Shown here: positions 19,534 to 29,264 of the stretch, piece after piece | Numbering within the stretch: the first letter of the stretch is position 1 | Layout of the letters: each line of letters opens with the position of its first letter | Assembly: GCA_902529805.1 (NCBI GenBank) | Contig: CABZXU010000008.1 | Location: 468 to 64,467 of the forward strand | Direction of reading: 5' to 3' | DNA length: 64,000 nt | Source: an uncultured Marinoscillum sp. | GTDB taxonomy: Bacteria > Bacteroidota > Bacteroidia > Cytophagales > MED-G16 | The notes under the pieces: model-generated | What the model saw: the letters and a program-made list of their open reading frames with translations, nothing else | Databases searched by the model: none | Told to the model about the DNA's origin: nothing | Translations under genes and position numbers: made by a program

Positions 19534-20511
19534 ATGTTAGTTAGTTTAATGAGAAAAACAATAATTTTTTATTTTCTTTTTCTGTATTTATATTTTGATG
19601 GATATACTCAACAAGATCCTTATTTTAGTAGTTATTCATTTAATCCTGTAATTATAAATTCAAGCCTGTCCTCTTTCGAGGAAAAAAATTACGCAACCGC
19701 AATTTATAGAAATCAATGGACTGGATATTCTTCTTATTCCTCATCGAATTTATCTTATTTTAAAGGAGGTTCTCCTGTTACAAAATTATTAACTGTTGTT
19801 TTAAAAGATAAAAAGAAAAAATTATCATTTGGAGCTAATATTATTGATGATGAATTGGGTCCAAAATCTACATTTGAAATTAAACCATTTATTTCTTTTA
19901 ATAAAAAAATTAATAATTCCATTTTGAGCTTAAGTTTATCTCCTTCTTTTGGTAATCAAACTTTAAATTTTGATCAATTTATATTTGTTGATAAAACGGA
20001 TCCGTTTAATATTCAAGGAAAAGAAACCGAATGGCAACCCGATTTTGATATTGGGTTTTCTTATTTAGGAAATCAATTTCTCTTAAGTTTGTCAATAAAT
20101 CATTTACTAACTCCATCTTTCAATTTTGGAATTCCAGGATTGATAAATAGAAAAGATATAACGTATAATATATTATCTAAATATAGTTTAGAAATAGATA
20201 AAGATTTGACCATAGAACCATATTTATTATTAAGATCAGATTTATCCTCATTTACTTTTGACATAAGTGGATTAGCTACATATAAAGATAGATTTAAAGT
20301 AGGCACATCATATAGACACAATGAGGCTGTGATTTTATTTTTAGGATATAGCTTACTTAAACAAAACAAATTACATTTAGGCTATGCGTTTGATTATGTT
20401 ATAAAAAATGTTAATGCAAAAAGTACAGCTTCTAATGAAATTCTTATTAGATATGATCTTCCAATGCCTCAAGTTAAAAAACCGATAAGAACACCAAGGT
20501 TTATTTATTGA
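19534..20511 (+). CDS. porP: PorP/SprF family type IX secretion beta-barrel protein (alternative start 19549)
   Basis: QQDPYFSSYSFNP, YRNQW, GYAFDY, ASNEILIRY and C-terminal RTPRF motifs; lies directly upstream of gldK. Confidence 0.88.
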   Translation: MLVSLMRKTIIFYFLFLYLYFDGYTQQDPYFSSYSFNPVIINSSLSSFEEKNYATAIYRNQWTGYSSYSSSNLSYFKGGSPVTKLLTVVLKDKKKKLSFGANIIDDELGPKSTFEIKPFISFNKKINNSILSLSLSPSFGNQTLNFDQFIFVDKTDPFNIQGKETEWQPDFDIGFSYLGNQFLLSLSINHLLTPSFNFGIPGLINRKDITYNILSKYSLEIDKDLTIEPYLLLRSDLSSFTFDISGLATYKDRFKVGTSYRHNEAVILFLGYSLLKQNKLHLGYAFDYVIKNVNAKSTASNEILIRYDLPMPQVKKPIRTPRFIY

Positions 20512-20555
20512 TTTGGTCTAAATTTTTCAATTTTTTAAATTTTACAAAAATTTAT

Positions 20556-20563
20556 TAAATTTG
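20556..20563 (+). promoter_or_regulatory. candidate -7 promoter element for gldKLMN (second candidate TAACTTTG at 20669-20676)
   Basis: TAAATTTG in the 175-bp intergenic region before gldK. Confidence 0.45.
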
Positions 20564-20686
20564 CTGTCCATTTTTAAGTAAACCTTTAATCACCGTAAAA
20601 CTAAACCAACAATAGATTTAATTATTTGTTATTAAAAGCAATAATTTAGATATTTTAAAGTTAAACATTAACTTTGACAGTTATAT

Positions 20687-21790
20687 ATGAAAGTATTTAG
20701 ACTAAATATTATATGTAATTTTTGTCTTTGGGCATTATTAGTACCTGTACTTAATGGATGTTTTATTTTAGGCGGAGGTGTAAGTCAAAAGGAAGGAAAG
20801 CAAAAAGGACAACTAGTAGGTGCCCCTGATAGAGATGGGTTTGAAATGGCTGCTCAATATGGTATGGTTAAAATACCGACGGGGAAGTTTTATATGGGAC
20901 AAGCCGATGAAAATATTCAATTAGATCAAAGCAACAGAAACAGACAGGTAACAATTAGTGCTTTTTACATGGATGATACTGAAATCACTAATAATGAGTA
21001 TAGACAATTTATTAGATATATTGAGATGAATTCTCAAGATGGTGTTGAAGAAGGAGGTGCAGAAGAAGATATAGATAGCGGAGGCCCTATCTATCGTATA
21101 CCTGAAGGTTATACCCTTCAAGATTTAAAGCCTGATAGCACAGTATGGAGCACTGACTTTACTCATCATTATGGTGATCCATTACTAGCATATTATTGGA
21201 GTCACCCTGCATTTGATGACTATCCAGTAGTTGGTGTTTCTTGGAAGTCGGCTAGTGAATTCACAAAATGGAGGAGTAATTTTCTAAATGACTATCGTAG
21301 ATCAAAGAAATTGCAGCCTTTTCCAAATTTTAGATTACCAACAGAAGCTGAATGGGAATATGCATCTAGAGGAGGTAGAGATAATGTAAAGTATCCATGG
21401 GGGAATCCGTATGTTAGAAATTCAAGAGGTTGTGTATTAGCAAATTTTAAACCCGGAAGAGGTAATTATGTTGATGATGGATATGCTTATACGTCACCTG
21501 TAGGAGCTTTTTTCCCTAATGATTTTGGTTTATATGATATGTCTGGTAATGTAGCAGAGTGGTGCTTAGATGCCTATGTTGATGAATATACACCTATAAC
21601 TTGGGATTTAAATCCTGTTTTTAGAAATGATACCATAGATGAAAAAGTTATAAGAGGAGGATCATGGAAAGATATTGCATTCTTTATAGAAGTGGCAACT
21701 AGAACGTATGAGCATCAAGATACTGTCAGAGCATTTATTGGTTTTAGAACCGCACTACCTCATTTAGGAAGAAGCTACGATAATTTTTAA
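20687..21790 (+). CDS. gldK: gliding motility/T9SS lipoprotein GldK (PorK)
   Basis: Lipobox LNGC; FGE-sulfatase fold with DDTEITNNEYRQF, YPVVGVSW, RLPTEAEWEYA, MSGNVAEW and RGGSWKD; first gene of KLMN. Confidence 0.93.
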   Translation: MKVFRLNIICNFCLWALLVPVLNGCFILGGGVSQKEGKQKGQLVGAPDRDGFEMAAQYGMVKIPTGKFYMGQADENIQLDQSNRNRQVTISAFYMDDTEITNNEYRQFIRYIEMNSQDGVEEGGAEEDIDSGGPIYRIPEGYTLQDLKPDSTVWSTDFTHHYGDPLLAYYWSHPAFDDYPVVGVSWKSASEFTKWRSNFLNDYRRSKKLQPFPNFRLPTEAEWEYASRGGRDNVKYPWGNPYVRNSRGCVLANFKPGRGNYVDDGYAYTSPVGAFFPNDFGLYDMSGNVAEWCLDAYVDEYTPITWDLNPVFRNDTIDEKVIRGGSWKDIAFFIEVATRTYEHQDTVRAFIGFRTALPHLGRSYDNF

Positions 21791-21876
21791 TATTAAATTA
21801 AATTTTTAACTTACATATTATAAAAATATTATTTATAAAAACAAACTAAATTTTAAAACAACTAAATTAAAAAACT

Positions 21877-22626
21877 ATGATTACTAAAAAAGCATCTAGT
21901 AATCCAGTATTAGCCTGGATTCAAAATGAAGACAACATGAACTTCATTTATGGTATGGGAGCAGCAGTTGTAATTATTGGGGCTCTTTTTAAATTACAAC
22001 ATTGGCCAGGGGCTAACGCAATGTTAATAATAGGTTTAGGAACCGAGGCATTAATTTTTGCTATTAGTGCTTTTGATCCACCAACTGTACATGAGTGGGA
22101 TTGGAGTAAGGTTTATCCTGCATTAAGAGTAGACGGTAAAGAAACAAGTGCTTCTCAAGTAGATAATCTTATGAAGGAAGCTAAATTGGACCCTGAAGTA
22201 TTGAAGAGTGTTGGTGACGGCATGAGAAAAATGGCCGCACAAGCTAAAAACATTAATACATTAGCGGATGCTTCTGTAGCTGCACAGCAGTATACTGAGA
22301 GTATGAAGGGAGCTGCTGAATCATTAAATTCGGTAAACGAATCTTATAACACAATTTCTTCTACAGCTAAAGACCTTGCCTCTTCAACTTCTAATGTTAA
22401 AGATGCAGTTGATTTGACAGAACAATATAAAGAGAACTTAAAGAATGCTAATGCTTCTTTAGGTGCTATAGTGTCTGCTTCTGGTGCTATTACTGAAACA
22501 GCATCAAGTATGTCGGGTTCTCCTGATGAAGCTGCTAAGCTACAAAAAGAACTTAAAGACCTTACGGACAATCTTAGTAAGTTAAATAAGATCTATGGAG
22601 GAATGTATCATGCAATGCATGATTAA
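21877..22626 (+). CDS. gldL: gliding motility/T9SS motor protein GldL (PorL)
   Basis: YGMGAAVVIIGALFKLQHW, TEALIFAISAF, WSKVYPAL and C-terminal LNKIYGGM. Confidence 0.96.
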   Translation: MITKKASSNPVLAWIQNEDNMNFIYGMGAAVVIIGALFKLQHWPGANAMLIIGLGTEALIFAISAFDPPTVHEWDWSKVYPALRVDGKETSASQVDNLMKEAKLDPEVLKSVGDGMRKMAAQAKNINTLADASVAAQQYTESMKGAAESLNSVNESYNTISSTAKDLASSTSNVKDAVDLTEQYKENLKNANASLGAIVSASGAITETASSMSGSPDEAAKLQKELKDLTDNLSKLNKIYGGMYHAMHD

Positions 22627-22668
22627 TAAATTAGTTAATCTATTTAACAATTAAACTAAAATAATACT

Positions 22669-24252
22669 ATGGCTGGAGGAAATAGCCCACGAGATAAGAT
22701 GATTCAAGTTATGTACTTGGTTCTTATTGCTATGTTAGCATTAAATATTGATACTGCTGTTTTAGAAAAGTTTGTATTAATTAATCAAAGCTTTGAGGTG
22801 ACTAATGAGGAGAAAGAAGTTGATAACGATAAGAAAATTGATGCGATTAGAGCTGCTGTTGATGATTCTGGAAATAGAGCTGAAGATGTTGCTGTACTTG
22901 ATAAGGCAACAAAATTGAGAGAAGAAGCTAGAGATTTGATGGCTTACATGACAAATTTCAAGGATAGCATTACAAATATGACTGGCGGAAGGGATGAAAA
23001 CGGTAAATACCAAGGATATAAAGATGTTGATGCTGTTTCAAGATTTATGGTTAAGCTAGGTAATGGTGATTCATTACAGAATAGATTAAATAAATATACG
23101 GCACTGGTTAGAGAAGTAACAGAAGATACCTCTATTGTGGATCTTGCAAGAAATGCAAACCAGATACCAATATATAAAGATAATGATGCTTTTAATCATT
23201 TACCTTTTAAAGAATTGAATTTTGGATATAATACTCCAATGGTTGGTGGATTAGCTTCTTTAAGTCAGTTACAAAATGATTTAATTAATTTAGAAATTAA
23301 AGCTTTAGATTATTTAGCAGCTTCAGTAGGTGCTGCTGATTTAAAGTTTGATGTAGTTAGCTTAACAACGCTACCTGAACAAAAAATAGTAGCTGCAGGT
23401 GCAAAATATAGTGCTCAAATGTTTTTATCTGCAGGTTCTTCTGCTATTGTTCCGGTCATGACTGCTAATGGTGATACACTTGAGGTTGAAAATGGAAGGG
23501 GATTTTATGAGTTTACAACAACTCCTGGTAGTTATGACAGAGAAGGGCTGGCAAAGAAGTCATATATTGGTGCAATTAGCGTTACACTTCCTGGCGGAAG
23601 AGATACAACTTTTATAGATACTGTAGAGTATTTTGTTGCGCGACCTGTTATCCAAATCCAATCAGCTTCAGTTCAAGCGCTTTATTTGAATTGTGGAAAC
23701 GAACTCCAAGTTAATGTTCCGGCTCTTGGTTCGTCATATTCACCTAGTTTTTCAATGGCGGGTGGTGAAGTAATTAAAGGGTCTCAGATTGGCCAAGTTA
23801 CACTTGTTCCAAAGGCAAAAAATGTTGAACTAAGAGTAAATAATGGAGGAAATTATATAGGCTCTCAAAAATTTGGGGTAAGACAAATCCCCGCTCCAGA
23901 GATTCAAGCAAGAATTAGAGGTAAACAAATTGATGGTAAAAGAGGAATACCTATCAGTACTAGATCTTTTGATTTAGATGCTATAGCAGATGCTAGTTTC
24001 GCTCAGTTTTTACCAAAGGATTCAAAGTTTAGAGTGATGGAAGCTGAAATTACACTTGTTAGATCTGGTAGAGGAGGGGCTAGCTTTAGCGTAAAATCGC
24101 CAAAAGTTCCATTAAATAGATTATCTGGTCAAATGAGAAAAGGAGATGCTTTGGTTATAGAAATAAAAAGAGTAGCTAGAGCAAATTTTCAAGGTAAAAC
24201 AGAAAACTTTAGGAGCTTTTCTCCTAAGTATATTAACATTCCTTTAAATTAA
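22669..24252 (+). CDS. gldM: gliding motility/T9SS motor protein GldM (PorM)
   Basis: MAGGNSPRDKMIQVMYLVLIAMLALN N-terminus and ALYLNCGN motif. Confidence 0.96.
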   Translation: MAGGNSPRDKMIQVMYLVLIAMLALNIDTAVLEKFVLINQSFEVTNEEKEVDNDKKIDAIRAAVDDSGNRAEDVAVLDKATKLREEARDLMAYMTNFKDSITNMTGGRDENGKYQGYKDVDAVSRFMVKLGNGDSLQNRLNKYTALVREVTEDTSIVDLARNANQIPIYKDNDAFNHLPFKELNFGYNTPMVGGLASLSQLQNDLINLEIKALDYLAASVGAADLKFDVVSLTTLPEQKIVAAGAKYSAQMFLSAGSSAIVPVMTANGDTLEVENGRGFYEFTTTPGSYDREGLAKKSYIGAISVTLPGGRDTTFIDTVEYFVARPVIQIQSASVQALYLNCGNELQVNVPALGSSYSPSFSMAGGEVIKGSQIGQVTLVPKAKNVELRVNNGGNYIGSQKFGVRQIPAPEIQARIRGKQIDGKRGIPISTRSFDLDAIADASFAQFLPKDSKFRVMEAEITLVRSGRGGASFSVKSPKVPLNRLSGQMRKGDALVIEIKRVARANFQGKTENFRSFSPKYINIPLN

Positions 24253-24262
24253 TTTTTTTTAT

Positions 24263-25192
24263 ATGAAAAAAATAAATTTTGTAGTCTTTCTATTTCTTTT
24301 CCTGATTTTTGCTAATATAGATCAAGTCAGATCTCAGTCTGTAAGAGAAGGATATAATCCTTTATCAGCTACTAGACAAGTTCATGAGGATTATCTCATG
24401 TGGAAAAGAACTATTTGGAGAAATGTGAATTTGAAAGAACCTCAAAACAAACCTTTCTTTGCGAAAAACAGAGAAATTACAAAATTTATTTTTGATGCTG
24501 TCGCTAATGGTACGCTACAGCCATATACTAATGATTCTGTAACTGAAAGACAACTCATGACAGCTGAAGAATTTGCTGCTAAACTAGTTGTGGAAGAGGA
24601 AGGAGCAGGGGAAGATGATGGATTTGGTGATGATGGATTTGGTGATGATGGATTTGATGATTTTGGCTTTGGAGAAGAAGAAGAAGATCCATTTGGAGAC
24701 CCATTTGGTGGTGCTGGTGAAGAAGAAGAAGAGGGCGGTATTATTATTCCTCCTCAAGAAATTTCTTTAATGGAATTAAAAGAAGATATTTATTTTGATA
24801 GAGTTCACTCTAGAATTTACTTTGATATACAAGCTGTTACTTTAATTCTTCCAGCAGCATCAGCAGATAGATCAAGTGATGGAGGTTTTACATCTTATGA
24901 TTATAATCCAGCTGGATTTGAAAAAGCTATTGCTTCATTTAGGTTTATTGATCTTTATAATTTGTTTAAAGATAATCCTGATGCTATATGGTATAATGAT
25001 AGAAATATTGCTCAACATAAAAACTTATCAGATGCTTTTTTATTAAGACTTTTTAAAGGTAATATTGTTAAAGTTGCTAATGTTGATGATAATAGAATTG
25101 CTGATCTTTTTGATGGCAAAGAAGCCATAATTCAAAGTTTAAAAGTAGAACAGGATCTAATTGAGTGGGAAGCATCTTTGTGGGAGTATTAA
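24263..25192 (+). CDS. gldN: gliding motility/T9SS protein GldN (PorN)
   Basis: MWKRTIWRNVNLKEPQNKPFF, KEDIYFD, DAFLLRLF and C-terminal EASLWEY. Confidence 0.93.
   Translation: MKKINFVVFLFLFLIFANIDQVRSQSVREGYNPLSATRQVHEDYLMWKRTIWRNVNLKEPQNKPFFAKNREITKFIFDAVANGTLQPYTNDSVTERQLMTAEEFAAKLVVEEEGAGEDDGFGDDGFGDDGFDDFGFGEEEEDPFGDPFGGAGEEEEEGGIIIPPQEISLMELKEDIYFDRVHSRIYFDIQAVTLILPAASADRSSDGGFTSYDYNPAGFEKAIASFRFIDLYNLFKDNPDAIWYNDRNIAQHKNLSDAFLLRLFKGNIVKVANVDDNRIADLFDGKEAIIQSLKVEQDLIEWEASLWEY
24614..24658 (+). repeat. 15-bp tandem repeat x3 encoding DDGFG-DDGFG-DDGFD inside gldN
   Basis: GATGATGGATTTGGT GATGATGGATTTGGT GATGATGGATTTGAT, read directly from the sequence. Confidence 0.9.
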
Positions 25193-26982
25193 TCTTTATT
25201 TTTCTTTAATAGTTTCTGTATAATTTCTGCTTTTGTAGAGGATCCTAATATTTTTTTCAATTTTATTTTATTGTTTATATCTATTTTTTGAATGCTTCCG
25301 AATTCTTTTATGAGTTTAAATTTCGATTTATCTCCTATTCCTTTAATATTATCTAAACTAGATCTTGTCAACATTTTATTTCTAAGCTTTTTATGATAAG
25401 AAATAGCAAATCTGTGTGCTTCATTTCTTATTGCCTGTAATAACTTTAAAGATTCAGATTTCTTATTAATTAATATAGGGAAGGAATCTTCTGGAAAATA
25501 TATTTCTTCTAATTTTTTTGCAATCCCAATAATATTTACTCTATCATACATCTTTAATTTTTTTAATATTTTTGTAGCTGAAGATAATTGACCTTTTCCT
25601 CCATCAATAACTATTAGATCCGGCATAGATTTTTTTTCAGATATCAGCCTGCTATATCTTCTTTCTACTACTTCTTCTATTGATTTATAATCATTTATTC
25701 CATCAACATTTCTAATTTTATACTTTCTATAATCTTTTTTTAATGGATATCCATTTTTAAATTTTACCATCGAAGCGGTTTTATATTTTCCTTGTGTATT
25801 TGATATATCAAAACATTCAATAATTCTAGGTAATCTTTTGAGTTTAAGTTCTTCAAATAATTTGATTATATGATTATATTTTTTCTTTTTTCTCTCCTTT
25901 TTTTCATTGTAATAATGTTCCTTATAGAAAAGAGCATTTTTTAAACTCAAATCAATTAATTTTTTTTTATCTCCTGCTTTTGGACAAAATACTTTTATAT
26001 TATTTATAAAACTATTTAGCTTATAATTAGATACAATATTATAATCATGTGTTTTATATTTATTTTTAAAATGAAATATTAAATATTTAATTAATGATTC
26101 ATTAAGATCTATTTTTTTTCTCAGCTTTATTGTTTCTCCACCTAACATAATTCCATTGTTTATTTTCATATAATTTACATAAACATTTTTTTCATCGTCG
26201 ATAATTCCATAAACTTCTATATTTTTAAACTTAGGGTTAACTACAGTTGACTTATTATTATAAACCTTCAATAGGTTAATTTTTTCTTTTATCTGTTGAG
26301 CTTTTTCAAACTCTAATTTCTTAGAATAAATTCTCATTGTTGATTCTAGGTTTTTAATCAACTTACTATGATTTCCTTTTAAAAGATCTTGTATTTGCTT
26401 TACATCTTTGTTATAATTTTCTTCTTCTTGTTTTTCTTCACATGGCCCTAAACAATTTCCAATATGATAATCTAAACAAACCTTAAATAATCTTTTATCT
26501 ACATTTTCTTTCGTAAGCTTTAGATTGCAAGTCCTTATTTTATAGATTTTCTTTATTATTTCTAAAACATTTCTCATAGATTTTATGTTTGTATATGGGC
26601 CAAACACTTTTTCTTTTTTTAAATTTATTTTTCTTGTTGTATAAACTCTAGGAAACCTTTCCTTGGATATAGCTATATATGGATAGCTCTTATCATCTCT
26701 TAATAAGATATTATATTTTGGTTTATTTTGTTTTATTAAATTATTTTCAAGCAAAAGCGCATCATGTTCAGTTTCAGAAACTGTATATGAAATATTAAAA
26801 ATTTCTTTTATCATTTTTGAAGTTTTATTACTTTGATTTTTAATGTTTGTAAAATAACTTCTAATTCTATTGTTAAGATTTTTGGATTTGCCTATGTATA
26901 TTAATTCATTATCAATATTATAAAACTTATATATTCCAGGTGTTTTAGGAATTTTTTTTTCTAAAAAATCTTTAACTATCAT
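25189..26982 (-). CDS. uvrC: excinuclease ABC subunit C
   Basis: GIY-YIG domain (PGIYKF..IYIGKSKNL..R), KYNILLRDDKSYPY, IECFDISN, DGGKGQL and RNEAHRFAI. Confidence 0.97.
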   Translation of the reverse strand: MIVKDFLEKKIPKTPGIYKFYNIDNELIYIGKSKNLNNRIRSYFTNIKNQSNKTSKMIKEIFNISYTVSETEHDALLLENNLIKQNKPKYNILLRDDKSYPYIAISKERFPRVYTTRKINLKKEKVFGPYTNIKSMRNVLEIIKKIYKIRTCNLKLTKENVDKRLFKVCLDYHIGNCLGPCEEKQEEENYNKDVKQIQDLLKGNHSKLIKNLESTMRIYSKKLEFEKAQQIKEKINLLKVYNNKSTVVNPKFKNIEVYGIIDDEKNVYVNYMKINNGIMLGGETIKLRKKIDLNESLIKYLIFHFKNKYKTHDYNIVSNYKLNSFINNIKVFCPKAGDKKKLIDLSLKNALFYKEHYYNEKKERKKKKYNHIIKLFEELKLKRLPRIIECFDISNTQGKYKTASMVKFKNGYPLKKDYRKYKIRNVDGINDYKSIEEVVERRYSRLISEKKSMPDLIVIDGGKGQLSSATKILKKLKMYDRVNIIGIAKKLEEIYFPEDSFPILINKKSESLKLLQAIRNEAHRFAISYHKKLRNKMLTRSSLDNIKGIGDKSKFKLIKEFGSIQKIDINNKIKLKKILGSSTKAEIIQKLLKKNKD

Positions 26983-26987
26983 TAAAA

Positions 26988-29264
26988 TTAAAATATATCT
27001 GATTTATTAATAATTGAAGTTTCTAATGAATCAGGAACAATATCATTATATTTATTGCAATCAATTTCTATTGATATTGTCTTTGTTGGTTTATCAAACT
27101 GACCTTTATCTATGTTTAAAGTAGAATCATTATACACCTCTAACATATACTCTTGCCATATAGGCATTGCTGTTCTAGCTCCTTGTCCAAGCACCCAATT
27201 TCTAAATCTGATACTTCTATCATCACCTCCAACCCATGCTCCAGAAACTAAATTTTTTGTAACACCAATAAACCATCCATCAGAAGCATTTTGAGTTGTA
27301 CCAGTTTTTGCTCCCACATCGTTATTTAATGTTAATTTGGGATCTAATCCTCTTGCGGTACCTCCTTCTTCTTCTTTAGAACCTTTTAACATATGTAGCA
27401 TAATATATGCTGTTTCTTCATTTAAAGATTCTATTTTTTTTGGAACAAAGTTTTGAATCAAATTTCCATATTTATCTTCAATTCTAGAAATAAAAAAAGG
27501 TTCTGTCCAGACACCTCTATTTATAAAAGTGCTATATGCTCCTACTAAATCAAATAGAGAAACATCCCCACCAGCCCCAAGACAAACAGCAGGAACCGGA
27601 TCCAAATTACTTGAAATTCCAAGTTTTTTGGCATAATCTACAACTGTATTAGGGGTCAACTTTTTAGTCATAAATGCTGTTATAGAATTTACTGATTTTG
27701 CCATTGCTTTTCTTAAGGTCATTGTTTCACCTGACCACTTACTATTATGATTATCCGGCCTCCAATAAGGCGGATCTTGTCCTGGCAACTCAAAAACAAC
27801 AGGAGCATCTACTACGGGATAGCATGGTGAATATCCATTGTCAATTGCTGCAGCATAAACTATCGGTTTGATTGTTGACCCAGGTTGTCTTTTTCCTTGT
27901 TTTACATGATCATATTTAAAATATTTATGATTGATCCCGCCAACCCATGCTTTTATATGACCAGTTTTTGGTTCTATAGAAACAAATCCAGTTTGTAAAA
28001 ACCTTTTATAATATTTTAAAGAATCTAATGCGCTAAATATTGTGTCTACTTCACCATTCCATGAAAAAACTTTCATTTTTTTTCTTTTTCTCAATTCATT
28101 ATAAATTTTTAAAGAATCGTTATTAAATTTTTTAGCATAAAATTTATATTGATTACTTCTTTTTATTGAATTTGATATAAAATTTTTTATTTCAAAGCCT
28201 TTTTCATCAATCCAAGGATTTTCTCCCTCCCAGTGCTCATCAAATGTTAATTGAAGTTTTTTCATTTGATTTTCCACAGATTTTTCAGCATATTTTTGCA
28301 AAGTACTATTGATGGTAGTATAAATCTTTAAACCATCAGCAAATAAATCATATCCATTTTCCTTTGACCATTGTACTAAATAATTTTTAACAACTGTCCT
28401 AAAGTATGTTGCTATACCAACATTTTGATTTTCAACTTTATATTTTAGTCCAAAATCACTAGTATTTAATGAATCATATTCCATTCTATTTATTCTATTG
28501 TATTTAAATAAATTATATAGAATTTCTGTTCTTTTTCTTTCAGCAAATTCTGGATTATATATTGGATTATATTTTGTTGGCTTATTAATTAGACCTACCA
28601 AAACAGCAGCTTCATTATAATTAATTTCAGATGGAGATTTTTTAAAGTAAGTATCACATGCAACTTTTATTCCATAAGCATTACTTCCAAATTCTGCAGT
28701 ATTTAAATACATTGATAGTATTTCTTTTTTTGTATAAAACTTTTCTAATTGAATAGCTACAATCCATTCTTTTAATTTTATAATAATAATTCCAATTCCA
28801 GGAACTTCAGTTAGTTTTCCTTTCATTTTTCTAGTTTTAAATAAATTTTTTGCTAATTGCTGGGTTATAGTACTTCCCCCACCCTCTAGTCCTGTTTGGC
28901 CGAAGGTTATGATATTTTTAAATACACCAAAGCTTGCTCTTAGCAATCCTCTTAAGTCAATTCCTGAGTGTTCGTAAAACCTTATATCCTCAGTAACTAA
29001 GATTGTTTCAACTAATTGATTTGATAATTCATTGAACCTAGTTGGGGTTCTATTATATCTAAAGTATTTTCCTAATATAACATTATCAGCTGAATATAGT
29101 TCTGAAGAAAGCTCACTTTTAGGTTTTTCTAGGTCTTCAAGACTTGGGAGTTCTCCATAAAGATTAAAGTGATTTTTTTGAATTGAAAAAAACAAGAAAG
29201 AAATAAAAACAACTATTATAATAAAAGTTATCCAACAAAATAATATGATATTTTTATTTTTCAT
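26988..29264 (-). CDS. mrcA: bifunctional transglycosylase/transpeptidase penicillin-binding protein 1A
   Basis: TM anchor; EDIRFYEHSG and GGSTITQQLAKN transglycosylase motifs; STIK (SxxK), SVN and KTGTT transpeptidase motifs. Confidence 0.94.
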   Translation of the reverse strand: MKNKNIILFCWITFIIIVVFISFLFFSIQKNHFNLYGELPSLEDLEKPKSELSSELYSADNVILGKYFRYNRTPTRFNELSNQLVETILVTEDIRFYEHSGIDLRGLLRASFGVFKNIITFGQTGLEGGGSTITQQLAKNLFKTRKMKGKLTEVPGIGIIIIKLKEWIVAIQLEKFYTKKEILSMYLNTAEFGSNAYGIKVACDTYFKKSPSEINYNEAAVLVGLINKPTKYNPIYNPEFAERKRTEILYNLFKYNRINRMEYDSLNTSDFGLKYKVENQNVGIATYFRTVVKNYLVQWSKENGYDLFADGLKIYTTINSTLQKYAEKSVENQMKKLQLTFDEHWEGENPWIDEKGFEIKNFISNSIKRSNQYKFYAKKFNNDSLKIYNELRKRKKMKVFSWNGEVDTIFSALDSLKYYKRFLQTGFVSIEPKTGHIKAWVGGINHKYFKYDHVKQGKRQPGSTIKPIVYAAAIDNGYSPCYPVVDAPVVFELPGQDPPYWRPDNHNSKWSGETMTLRKAMAKSVNSITAFMTKKLTPNTVVDYAKKLGISSNLDPVPAVCLGAGGDVSLFDLVGAYSTFINRGVWTEPFFISRIEDKYGNLIQNFVPKKIESLNEETAYIMLHMLKGSKEEEGGTARGLDPKLTLNNDVGAKTGTTQNASDGWFIGVTKNLVSGAWVGGDDRSIRFRNWVLGQGARTAMPIWQEYMLEVYNDSTLNIDKGQFDKPTKTISIEIDCNKYNDIVPDSLETSIINKSDIF

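Noticed and set aside
20512-20686. Long intergenic region before gldK as a possible ncRNA or riboswitch
   Set aside because: Very AT-rich with no convincing stem-loops. Two TAnnTTTG elements explain it as the gldK promoter and leader.
24614-24658. Tandem repeat as a CRISPR array
   Set aside because: 15-bp in-frame coding repeats with no spacers and no cas genes.
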